Shown here: piece after piece, positions 9,001 through 14,825 of the stretch
Position numbering within the stretch: position 1 is the stretch's first letter
Layout of the letters: the number at the start of each line of letters is the position of its first letter
Source: an uncultured Nannocystaceae bacterium
GTDB taxonomy: Bacteria; Myxococcota_A; Polyangia; Nannocystales; Nannocystaceae
Direction of reading: 5' to 3'
Length of the DNA stretch: 32,232 nucleotides
Assembly (NCBI GenBank): GCA_938084085.1
Contig: CALKDV010000330.1
Location: 1-32,232, forward strand
Program-made: the position numbers and the translations under genes
The notes under the pieces: model-generated
The model's database searches: none
What the model was told of the DNA's origin: nothing
Seen by the model: only the letters and a program-made list of their open reading frames with translations

Positions 9001-9532
9001 CGTCTTTCACCACGCCTCGTAGCTCTCCGGACGCGCCCTTAACTTCGACCTGCTCGACTTGCTCTTCGAGTTCTGCGTTCGGGTCGTCGCTGGCATCTTC
9101 GATGAGGACTTGACCGTCCCAGTCGTCCTCTTCGTCTTCCTCCCCCCAATCTTCCTCCTCTTCCTCGTCTCCCCAGTCGTCCTCTTCGTCTTCCTGCGCC
9201 GGTTCGCTGACCTCGTCGAGGACCTCGTCGGTATCTTGTTCAGTCACGTCGGCCGGATCGTCGGGGGGAACTTCCTCGGTCGGTTCAATGCTCTCGTCGA
9301 CTTCGGACTCCGGCTCCTCCTCTGTGGGGATCGCGTCCGCCGCCGGCGGGTCTTCTGGAGACGGCCCGTCCTCTTCACTGGGAGTCGGCGCCTCACCCGC
9401 CGGCTCCCAAGCGCCGCCAAGCTCTGCCTCGCCGGACCGGGCCATCGCCGGCCTGTCGCAGGTGGCTGCGAGCACCAAGGCAATGGTCGTCGCGACGGGA
9501 AGAGAGGGGGAACGTCGGCGGAGAGTCTTCAT
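6002..9532 (-). CDS. TonB-dependent outer-membrane barrel with acidic N-terminal extension and CarboxypepD_reg-like domain (Oar/SusC-style architecture)
   Basis: 1176 aa starting at ATG 9532. Signal peptide MKTLRRRSPSLPVATTIALVLAATCDRPAMA. Residues about 33-166 are extremely acidic. A CarboxypepD_reg-like segment follows: GELRGVVKDARTGDPLMGANVRVLNSPYEVTTDGDGAYVLRLPEGIYTVEFFYETF. The plug reads NRYLIIRGLKHRYGNTLFDGARLPSPDPDVRTVPLDIFPSGALSSIDIVKSFTPEQPADFVGGSTQL. A long beta-rich region ends in VDVRLGLSYSF (terminal Phe, the outer-membrane barrel signature). Confidence 0.9.
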   Translation of the reverse strand: MKTLRRRSPSLPVATTIALVLAATCDRPAMARSGEAELGGAWEPAGEAPTPSEEDGPSPEDPPAADAIPTEEEPESEVDESIEPTEEVPPDDPADVTEQDTDEVLDEVSEPAQEDEEDDWGDEEEEEDWGEEDEEDDWDGQVLIEDASDDPNAELEEQVEQVEVKGASGELRGVVKDARTGDPLMGANVRVLNSPYEVTTDGDGAYVLRLPEGIYTVEFFYETFSVKEIADLEVEVDGSRTQSVELVPLAGMVSETVIEAEAPKGNESVVLTERAEAVETKDVMSSQEMKKAGGGSSASLARFIVGATLEDNRYLIIRGLKHRYGNTLFDGARLPSPDPDVRTVPLDIFPSGALSSIDIVKSFTPEQPADFVGGSTQLRSRDIPDEFTFDVSASFEANTQATFDDFVRDGRLRGDGVGFGNISRGLPTGFPGTSSPPVAGPAYAPEEIEAYGEALYTATPSASSVAPPTYRLSTTLGNGHTLANGDRVGWVLSGGIKDEFKTVEGVSASAIDCRGCPNTDAGMSSTVADESGLKAGTDWGSTDKGSDRRYVRRVQLGGIGLAKYTSERGHEVFANMFYSRDAANEVRYQRGFSPKAIGPEAALTSRHRYVMRSIFFTQVGAAHEFEKARGLKLDYSGSFSRARQDDPTRREVLYTDTSGEGNYEVAVDVAKPRINAGVLDDAVGNGVMNLEFPFRQWLQLDSSVKMGAWVEGKQREFSNRRFLFQQANGVSNVPDYVGNVLNADTIGGGLGAAVGGQEPFYLVEQTGDADGYEGRQQVFAGYGQMDLPITRWFKITGGVRYEFSKIAMRPFNPFDRENQDLETFNTTDSDVFPAASLIFSPTSKMNIRLGGTRTIARPEMRELAPFSFTKSFGGVTSEGFDLLESTRVWNADLRWEWFPSGGEVVAVSAFFKQFDKPIEAVLTSGTSSELQSWVNSQSAINIGGEAEFKKNLGFLGRDRDEDLMKPKLRWLEDISVGANFAYIFSRVTPVRDYTAVDGNTYVVGENFEGECPPEDRLCRHYLQYSAAGSQKRPLAGVSPWILNAFIDYDNSTSGTRARVLYNAFGERLWRLSEFGNIWETPQHMLDLVMSQRLFQVASSTDSFEAETSQELRVTLRVGNILNTKFGVVQRLTDETVSEIKANQIANGIANPDVVQEIDRNNFRKGVDVRLGLSYSF
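9113..9196 (-). repeat. Coding tandem repeat (54-nt period at DNA level, 9-aa period at protein level) encoding EDEEDDWG / DEEEEEDWG / EEDEEDDWD
   Basis: cccagtcgtcctcttcgtcttcct occurs at 9118-9141 and again at 9172-9195. In the protein, Trp residues 120, 129 and 138 are spaced exactly 9 aa apart in a poly-Asp/Glu context. Confidence 0.85.
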
Positions 9533-9557
9533 CGCGGGCCTTAAAGCGTGGTCGTGA

Positions 9558-9583
9558 TGAGGGCGTGAACGAGCGCGCCCTCA
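9558..9583 (-). promoter_or_regulatory. Stable intercistronic hairpin between exbD and the TonB-dependent barrel gene
   Basis: tGAGGGCG (9558-9565) pairs with CGCCCTCa (9576-9583) across a 10-nt loop. No U-tract follows on the sense (minus) strand, so it is more likely an RNA stability or attenuation element than a full terminator. The same GAGGGCG/CGCCCTC stem recurs at 4292-4317. Confidence 0.4.
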
Positions 9584-9593
9584 GGCAAAAGGA

Positions 9594-10055
9594 TCAGCGG
9601 TCCTTGTCTCCAAGTTTGACCGGCTCCGTGAGCATCACGACCGGTGCAGCCTTCGCGGCTCGCGCAGCGAGGATCGCTTCGAGTGTCCTCCGAAACTCCA
9701 CATCATCGTCCGCGTCGACATAGACGACTCGATCTTTCCGAGCGTTGAGGACACGCTCGAGCTTGTCGATGAGATCACCGCGCTCCTCTGGGGCGTACTT
9801 GTATTTGGCGTTGATCCACAGTTCCCCGCTCTCTCGCGCGATGAGCGTCAAGGTCTCATTTTGGAGATCTTGGATCATCGCTTGCGTCTGTTCATCGTCC
9901 GGCTTGGGAGGAAACCGCACGTACAAGCCCTTCGTAACGACCGGCGCGATTACCATAAAGATGATGAGCAACACCAACACCACGTCCACGAGCGGGGTCA
10001 CGTTCATCTCTGGGCGAACGCCCTTCTTCCCTCCACTGCCGAGATTCATGCCCAT
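9594..10055 (-). CDS. exbD: Biopolymer transport protein ExbD/TolR (second copy)
   Basis: 153 aa starting at ATG 10055. NVTPLVDVVLVLLIIFMVIAPV matches the ExbD/TolR single-TM signature. The start is 3 nt after the upstream exbD stop. Confidence 0.9.
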   Translation of the reverse strand: MGMNLGSGGKKGVRPEMNVTPLVDVVLVLLIIFMVIAPVVTKGLYVRFPPKPDDEQTQAMIQDLQNETLTLIARESGELWINAKYKYAPEERGDLIDKLERVLNARKDRVVYVDADDDVEFRRTLEAILAARAAKAAPVVMLTEPVKLGDKDR

Positions 10056-10058
10056 GGT

Positions 10059-10544
10059 TTAGTTCCCCTCCTCGGCCACACCGGCCTCTTCGCTCCACTC
10101 ATCTTGCTGCCCGCTCACCGCGAAGTTCACCGCGCCGAGCCCGCCATCTCGAAGGTCTCTGACCATGTCGCGAACGACCTTGTGCTTCACGCCGGCGTCG
10201 ACGCGCAGCAGCAGCGGGAGCTCCGGCGTCTCGTTCCATTTCTCCACTGCGGCGCCGACGATGACGTCGCGCGGAAGATCAGCGTCGACCAGCGTGAACA
10301 CGGGCGCGTCGTCCTCGAGAGAGATGGTCAGCGACACGGGCTCCTCGCCATCCGCGGCCGCATCATCCGCCGCGTCTGCGGGGATCAGCTCGATGGACTT
10401 CGCGTCCTGGACCGCTGGCAGCACGACCATAAAGATGATCAAGAGCACGAGCACCACGTCCACGAGCGGCGTGACGTTGATGTCTGGACGCACCCCGCTC
10501 TTTTTGCCAGTTTTGGCAAATGGATTTTTACCGAGTGTGGCCAC
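10059..10544 (-). CDS. exbD: Biopolymer transport protein ExbD/TolR (first copy)
   Basis: 161 aa starting at GTG 10544. INVTPLVDVVLVLLIIFMVVLPA. It overlaps the 3' end of exbB by 17 nt. Confidence 0.88.
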   Translation of the reverse strand: MATLGKNPFAKTGKKSGVRPDINVTPLVDVVLVLLIIFMVVLPAVQDAKSIELIPADAADDAAADGEEPVSLTISLEDDAPVFTLVDADLPRDVIVGAAVEKWNETPELPLLLRVDAGVKHKVVRDMVRDLRDGGLGAVNFAVSGQQDEWSEEAGVAEEGN

Positions 10545-11190
10545 CCTTGGTCTCCAAGTGATCGATGAGTTCGCTCGAGGCGTGCTGCAGTTGAAGCTCG
10601 ATAACGTCGAACTTTTGAGTGAGGAAGTTGAAGATCCACACAGCCCCGATTGCGATGACCAGGCCGAGCCCCGTCACAATCAGCGCCTCGGCGATGCCGG
10701 CGGACACCGTGTCAAAGCCACCTCCGCCAGATTCTGCCATCTGGGTGAAGACCGTGATGATTCCGATAACGGTCCCAAACAACCCAACGAACGGCGCAGT
10801 GGACCCCGTGGTCGCGAGGATGCCCGTCCCTCGTTTGAGCTGCGCGCTCAAGTCCTCGAGTCTGCGCGACAATTGACGGGTCGCCAGCTCAACGGGGCCG
10901 AGAATTTTGTCATCGATATTGTCTAGATAGCTCTGGAGTCCGAACCGGTACAGCTGGGCCAGGGGAGAGACCCCGTGGCGCTCCGTCAAAGACAAGACGG
11001 CCTCAAAGTCACCCTCCTGCACCAGCTCACTTGCAGAGCGAGCGAACTGCTCCGACGCGCGGTTTGATTTACGAAGCGCGATGAAACGCTCAACGCCGGC
11101 CACCAAGCTCCAAATCCCCATCCCGACCAAGGTGAAGACGACGAGGCGGGCCGCGAGGCCCATTGAACTCCAAATATGATGTAGATCCAT
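10528..11190 (-). CDS. exbB: MotA/TolQ/ExbB proton-channel protein
   Basis: 220 aa starting at ATG 11190, with three hydrophobic segments. GSTAPFVGLFGTVIGIITVF and IAEALIVTGLGLVIAIGAVWIFNFL match the ExbB/TolQ signature helices. Confidence 0.9.
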   Translation of the reverse strand: MDLHHIWSSMGLAARLVVFTLVGMGIWSLVAGVERFIALRKSNRASEQFARSASELVQEGDFEAVLSLTERHGVSPLAQLYRFGLQSYLDNIDDKILGPVELATRQLSRRLEDLSAQLKRGTGILATTGSTAPFVGLFGTVIGIITVFTQMAESGGGGFDTVSAGIAEALIVTGLGLVIAIGAVWIFNFLTQKFDVIELQLQHASSELIDHLETKGGHTR

Positions 11191-11211
11191 GAATTTGACT
11201 CTTTCCGATGA

Positions 11212-12021
11212 CTAGCGCTTCAACTTAAATGGAAAGCGCTCTCGCATAACGCAGGTGAATGCCTGCCCGTCCGGGTGACGGCAGGGCTCGGTGAACTTCC
11301 ACTTTGACAGGGCGCGCCCCACCTCTTTTTTCATGACCTCGTTGGCCTTCGCGATGTGGCTCTCCTTGGTCGCGTTGTTGGTCACTTTGACGAACTTGAG
11401 CTTGCGCAGACGCGCTTTTTGATCGATCGTCATCTTCACCACGACCAGACCCTCGATCCCACGCTTTTGCATCGCGGAGGGATACTTGGGCTGCGGATTT
11501 CCCGCGGCCTTCTTCGCGGGTTTATCCGCGCGGGTGAGCGTCGTCGGTTTCTTCGGATCCCGTTTGGGGGGCGCCTTTTTCTTTGGCGGCTCAGGCTTCT
11601 CTTCCTTCTTACCGATGTCTCCCGCGGGCTTCGCCGGTCCGGTGCCTCCACCCCCTCCACCCGCTTGGCCATCCGACGCGGCGTCCGACTCCGCGAGGTC
11701 TTGCTCGGACAGATCAGTGGGTGTCTCCAGCTTCGGCGCGGGCTTCTTTGGACCAGACGACCTTCGAGCATTGGGCGGAGGTGGCGCCGGTGGCTCCTCA
11801 GGTTCCTCCTCTTCGATCTCCTCGATCGGCTCTTCCTCCACCGGAGAGGGCGCAAGCTCAACCGCGACCACCTCCTCGTTTACCTCCGGAGGCTCGAACT
11901 CCACCTGTGAACCGGCGTAATAGACCGCTCCGTACAGCGCGAGTACCACCACGATGGCCGCGCCGCGATGACGGTCAAAAAATTGGTGCTTCGGCGCACC
12001 CGGGTCAAATCCTCCGAACAT
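11212..12021 (-). CDS. tonB: TonB-family energy transducer
   Basis: Track ORF 11212..12054 starts at TTG. I prefer the ATG at 12021 (MFGGFDPGAPKHQFFDRHRGAAIVVVLALYGAVYYAG, an N-terminal TM anchor). It has a Pro/Glu/Lys-rich spacer (EEEPEEPPAPPPP...KKEEKPEPPKKKAPPKRDPKKP). The TonB C-terminal-like domain reads PKYPSAMQKRGIEGLVVVKMTID.... Confidence 0.85.
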   Translation of the reverse strand: MFGGFDPGAPKHQFFDRHRGAAIVVVLALYGAVYYAGSQVEFEPPEVNEEVVAVELAPSPVEEEPIEEIEEEEPEEPPAPPPPNARRSSGPKKPAPKLETPTDLSEQDLAESDAASDGQAGGGGGGTGPAKPAGDIGKKEEKPEPPKKKAPPKRDPKKPTTLTRADKPAKKAAGNPQPKYPSAMQKRGIEGLVVVKMTIDQKARLRKLKFVKVTNNATKESHIAKANEVMKKEVGRALSKWKFTEPCRHPDGQAFTCVMRERFPFKLKR

Positions 12022-12189
12022 CCGAATGCGGACGTTGCAGCCGTTCGACGACAACCGCGTGTCTCGATCGTGTCATCCACGTGAAATATCGCGGGTGGAA
12101 CGGCGAAATGCAACGGAGCGATACCGAGTTGTCACACCTGGCGCACAGATGCCGCTAAACTCTCCTGAGTCTCGCAAAGCCCCACAGCT

Positions 12190-12804
12190 ATGCCCCTTAC
12201 CCGACCTATTCTCCTGCTGGATGTCATGGACACACTCGTCGAGGATCCTGCCTATCGCGTCGTCCCAGCCTTCTTTGGTGAGGATCTCACCACTCATTTT
12301 GCGCTGAAGGACAAGCGAGCATTCCACGCGTTCGAACGCGGCGAGATCGACGAAGCGCAGTTCCACGCCCACTACTACCTCGATGGCCGTTCCTGGGACC
12401 TCGAGGGCCTCAAACAGCGGCTATCAGAGGGCTACGCGTGGATTCCGGGGATGCGAAGCCTGGTGCAGCGCTTGGTCGAGACTGGCTGGGAGCTGCACGC
12501 CTTATCGAACTACTCCAGCTGGTATGATCTCGTGGATCTGCGTTGCGGCCTCGGCGACGCCGGCGTACGACGCAGCTTTGTGTCGTGTGACACTGGCGTA
12601 CGAAAGCCGTCGCCGCATGCATATCTGGGCCCGTGCGCCGCCATGTCCGCACCCCCCTCGCGGTTCCTGTTCGTCGACGATCGCGCGAAAAATGTCCACG
12701 GTGCGCGAGCGGTCGGCATGCCCGCCATTCACTTCACCAGCGCGGACAATCTCGCGTCCGCCCTCGCGCGCTACGACGACCCCACCGCCGACGGTCCCAC
12801 CTAG
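12190..12804 (+). CDS. HAD-superfamily hydrolase
   Basis: 204 aa starting at ATG. Motif I-like LLLDVMDTLV, motif III region TGVRKPSPHAYL, motif IV FVDDRAKNVHGARAVGMPAIHF. Confidence 0.8.
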   Translation: MPLTRPILLLDVMDTLVEDPAYRVVPAFFGEDLTTHFALKDKRAFHAFERGEIDEAQFHAHYYLDGRSWDLEGLKQRLSEGYAWIPGMRSLVQRLVETGWELHALSNYSSWYDLVDLRCGLGDAGVRRSFVSCDTGVRKPSPHAYLGPCAAMSAPPSRFLFVDDRAKNVHGARAVGMPAIHFTSADNLASALARYDDPTADGPT

Positions 12805-13880
12805 GGGGTCTGAACGTAGCGCTGCGTCAACCCGTGCGTCGCCACGCTCGCGACCGCGGGCAATCCCCAGGCGATGTTGCCGCGAAAGCCGACAAAGAAG
12901 CTCCCGCTCGTGGAGATTCGGATCTCGTCGGGGAGTTCGCTGCGCGAGAGCGCCGTGTTGATTTGGCCGCCGACGATCAGCGCACCCCAGCCGCCGACTC
13001 CGACGCCAACGTCACCAGTCAAGCCCAACGGTGAGCGCTGAGGCCCTCCCCCAAACTCGCCGCGGGTGCCGCGGAGCCAAAAGCTGATGCCGGAGGACAC
13101 CTCCAGCGTGGGGGACCAGGATCCTCGCTTGAACCAGTACCGCATCGCCACCCCCACGTTGCCAAACAACGATTCTTCTTCCCCTGCGATCACTCCGCCT
13201 TTGGGTCCGAGGGTGAGGCGAGTATACCGACGCTCGCCCACGACCTCGCTCACAACGGGAAGATTCAGCCACAGATCGTACTGGGCGCGCCCCGAATTCC
13301 ACTGGTTGAGTTCGTTGCGGCTCACGTCCCCTTGCCGGAAACGGCGCGCATAAGCGGAGGTTGCCTGGAGCTCCAGCGTCCACCCGCACGACGGGTCCGC
13401 CACCCAGCAGCGAAACGCGCGCTTGCCCTTGGCCATCTCGGGGCCGCTCGCGTCGCCGCGCTGAAGCTCAAAGCGCGCGCGGAGTTCGTCTTCGTCCCCA
13501 ACTCCGTAAAATGGGGGCCCTTGTTCGGGAGGTGTCATCGAGTAGCCGTCACGAAGATCTGGTCCCAGCGCTGCCTCCGGATCCTCTGCGGAGTCCGCCT
13601 CATCGGGCTCCGCCGCGTCGGGCGCCGCCGCATCGGGCGCCACAGGCTCCGCTGCCTCTTCTGCCGCTGCTACCGCGTCACTTGCGGCCGGCTCCGCCGC
13701 TGCTGCACCGCTCGTCTCAGGCTCCGCCGCTGCTGCATCGCTCGTCTCAAGCTCCGCTGCCGCGTCGTTTGCCGCCGGCGCTACGCCCTCGGCCCTGGCC
13801 ACGGAGGTCATCAATGGCACGCCCAACGCCGCCACCAATATGCGCGCTCCCATGACTCGTGAATACTTCAAACGGCTCAT
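12801..13880 (-). CDS. Secreted protein of unknown function, paralog A (Ala/Glu/Pro-rich repeats plus a beta-rich C-terminal domain)
   Basis: 359 aa starting at ATG 13880. Signal peptide MSRLKYSRVMGARILVAALGVPLMTSVARAEG. The low-complexity region AAAELETSDAAAAEPETSGAAAAEPAASD... is followed by a conserved domain shared with the upstream gene (FRCWVADPSCGW, GVGVGGWGALIVGG, FFVGFRG). Its ATG overlaps the upstream stop as ATGA (13877-13880). Confidence 0.75.
   Translation of the reverse strand: MSRLKYSRVMGARILVAALGVPLMTSVARAEGVAPAANDAAAELETSDAAAAEPETSGAAAAEPAASDAVAAAEEAAEPVAPDAAAPDAAEPDEADSAEDPEAALGPDLRDGYSMTPPEQGPPFYGVGDEDELRARFELQRGDASGPEMAKGKRAFRCWVADPSCGWTLELQATSAYARRFRQGDVSRNELNQWNSGRAQYDLWLNLPVVSEVVGERRYTRLTLGPKGGVIAGEEESLFGNVGVAMRYWFKRGSWSPTLEVSSGISFWLRGTRGEFGGGPQRSPLGLTGDVGVGVGGWGALIVGGQINTALSRSELPDEIRISTSGSFFVGFRGNIAWGLPAVASVATHGLTQRYVQTP
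13691..13767 (-). repeat. Coding 30-nt tandem repeat (about 2.5 copies) encoding ETS[GD]AAAAE[PL]
   Basis: gctccgccgctgctgcaccgctcgtctcag (13691-13720), gctccgccgctgctgcatcgctcgtctcaa (13721-13750), then the partial copy gctccgctgccgcgtcg. A smaller 15-nt duplication (PDAAA/PDAAE) lies at about 13611-13639. Confidence 0.85.
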
Positions 13881-14770
13881 CCTCCACCACCGCCGATCGC
13901 CACGCCCCCGAGCAACAGGCCGGAGATCACGAGCACCGCCACGGGCCCCGCGGCGATGGCGTGCCCCTTGAAACCGAAGACAATGCGCGTGTCTCCGTCG
14001 AGAAAGTCACCGTTAACGAAGACGCCGCCCCATCCTCCGAAGCCGGCCCCAAACTCCGCATTGAAGCCGGTATAGCGCTTGTCCGAGATGGCGTTGAAGA
14101 CGCTGCTGGCCACCACCCCGATCGTCGCGTCGAGATGAAAGCCGTTGCGCCGCGGTCCAAGCCACATCTGATTCACCACGCCGAACCGAATCGCCCGCGT
14201 GTCATCTCTCTCGATGAAGGGGGTGTCATTGCTGCCCGGCAGCACCGAGCCGGAGCCGAGCGACCAGCTCACCACGGGGCCCACCGCCCACGGGTGCCAG
14301 GTTTTTTTCGCGATTTTGATGGGGCGGAAGGTGATCCCGCCGCCGACGCGGAACTGGGTATAGGGTACATCGAAGGCCTCGTCGGTCTCGATGGCGTTGA
14401 TTCCCGCACCCACATCAACCCACGCCAACAGGGACATCGAGCAGGTCGCGTCTTCGACAAAACAAAAATAACCATTGCCCACGGACAACCGCGGGTGGGC
14501 GGGATACGGAGACGCGTACCCGACCTCGTCACGGGGCGCGACCATAAAGGTCGCCTCGTGATTCGGTGGAGACGACGCCTCCTCTTCAACGTTTGCATCC
14601 GCCGCCGGCGCCTCCGCGACATCCGCGTCGCGTGCGTCCATCATGGCCTGCGCGTCGACTGGCGCGAGCGACCACCAGGTACCCGCCATCGCCATGAACG
14701 AGCGAACGACCCGCGCGCGGAGCACCGTTCGCCGTGAAAGTCGAACGCATCTGGCCTTCCGCACACCCAC
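13877..14770 (-). CDS. Secreted or membrane protein of unknown function, paralog B
   Basis: 297 aa starting at GTG 14770. Arg-rich N-terminus with a weak hydrophobic segment, then an acidic Ala-rich stretch DADVAEAPAADANVEEEASSPP. The conserved domain carries YFCFVEDATCSM, GAGFGGWGGVFVNG and IVFGFKG. The C-terminus is hydrophobic and ends in GGGGG. The antisense ORF 13859..14737 is Arg-rich and looks like a shadow. Confidence 0.7.
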   Translation of the reverse strand: MGVRKARCVRLSRRTVLRARVVRSFMAMAGTWWSLAPVDAQAMMDARDADVAEAPAADANVEEEASSPPNHEATFMVAPRDEVGYASPYPAHPRLSVGNGYFCFVEDATCSMSLLAWVDVGAGINAIETDEAFDVPYTQFRVGGGITFRPIKIAKKTWHPWAVGPVVSWSLGSGSVLPGSNDTPFIERDDTRAIRFGVVNQMWLGPRRNGFHLDATIGVVASSVFNAISDKRYTGFNAEFGAGFGGWGGVFVNGDFLDGDTRIVFGFKGHAIAAGPVAVLVISGLLLGGVAIGGGGG

Positions 14771-14792
14771 CGGCCCGAAGATATAACACGTT

Positions 14793-14815
14793 CGCTCGCG
14801 ATATTATCGCGAGCG
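14793..14815 (-). terminator. Perfect 23-nt palindrome (11-bp arms), a putative bidirectional terminator or operator
   Basis: CGCTCGCGATA-T-TATCGCGAGCG read directly. It is flanked by TTTTA on the plus side and starts 10 nt downstream of the stop (14826) of the PAS/GGDEF-like gene. It is also about 25 nt upstream of paralog B's start, so an operator role is equally possible. A further TATCGCG half-site lies at 14819-14825. Confidence 0.4.
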
Positions 14816-14825
14816 TTTTATCGCG

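Noticed and set aside
12139-12152. Sigma-54-like TGGCGC-N-TGC upstream of the HAD gene
   Set aside because: The GG-to-GC spacing is one nucleotide short of the consensus and the -12 element lacks TTGC. It is not convincing.
12801-12804. CTAG shared by the stop codons of two convergent genes (the HAD gene and paralog A)
   Set aside because: A 4-nt palindromic stop overlap is a trivial consequence of TAG on both strands. There is no evidence of function.
14799-14809. GATATTATC core of the palindrome as a possible Fur box
   Set aside because: It is shorter than, and different from, the GATAAT-based 7-1-7 or 19-bp Fur consensus. The GC-rich arms do not fit.
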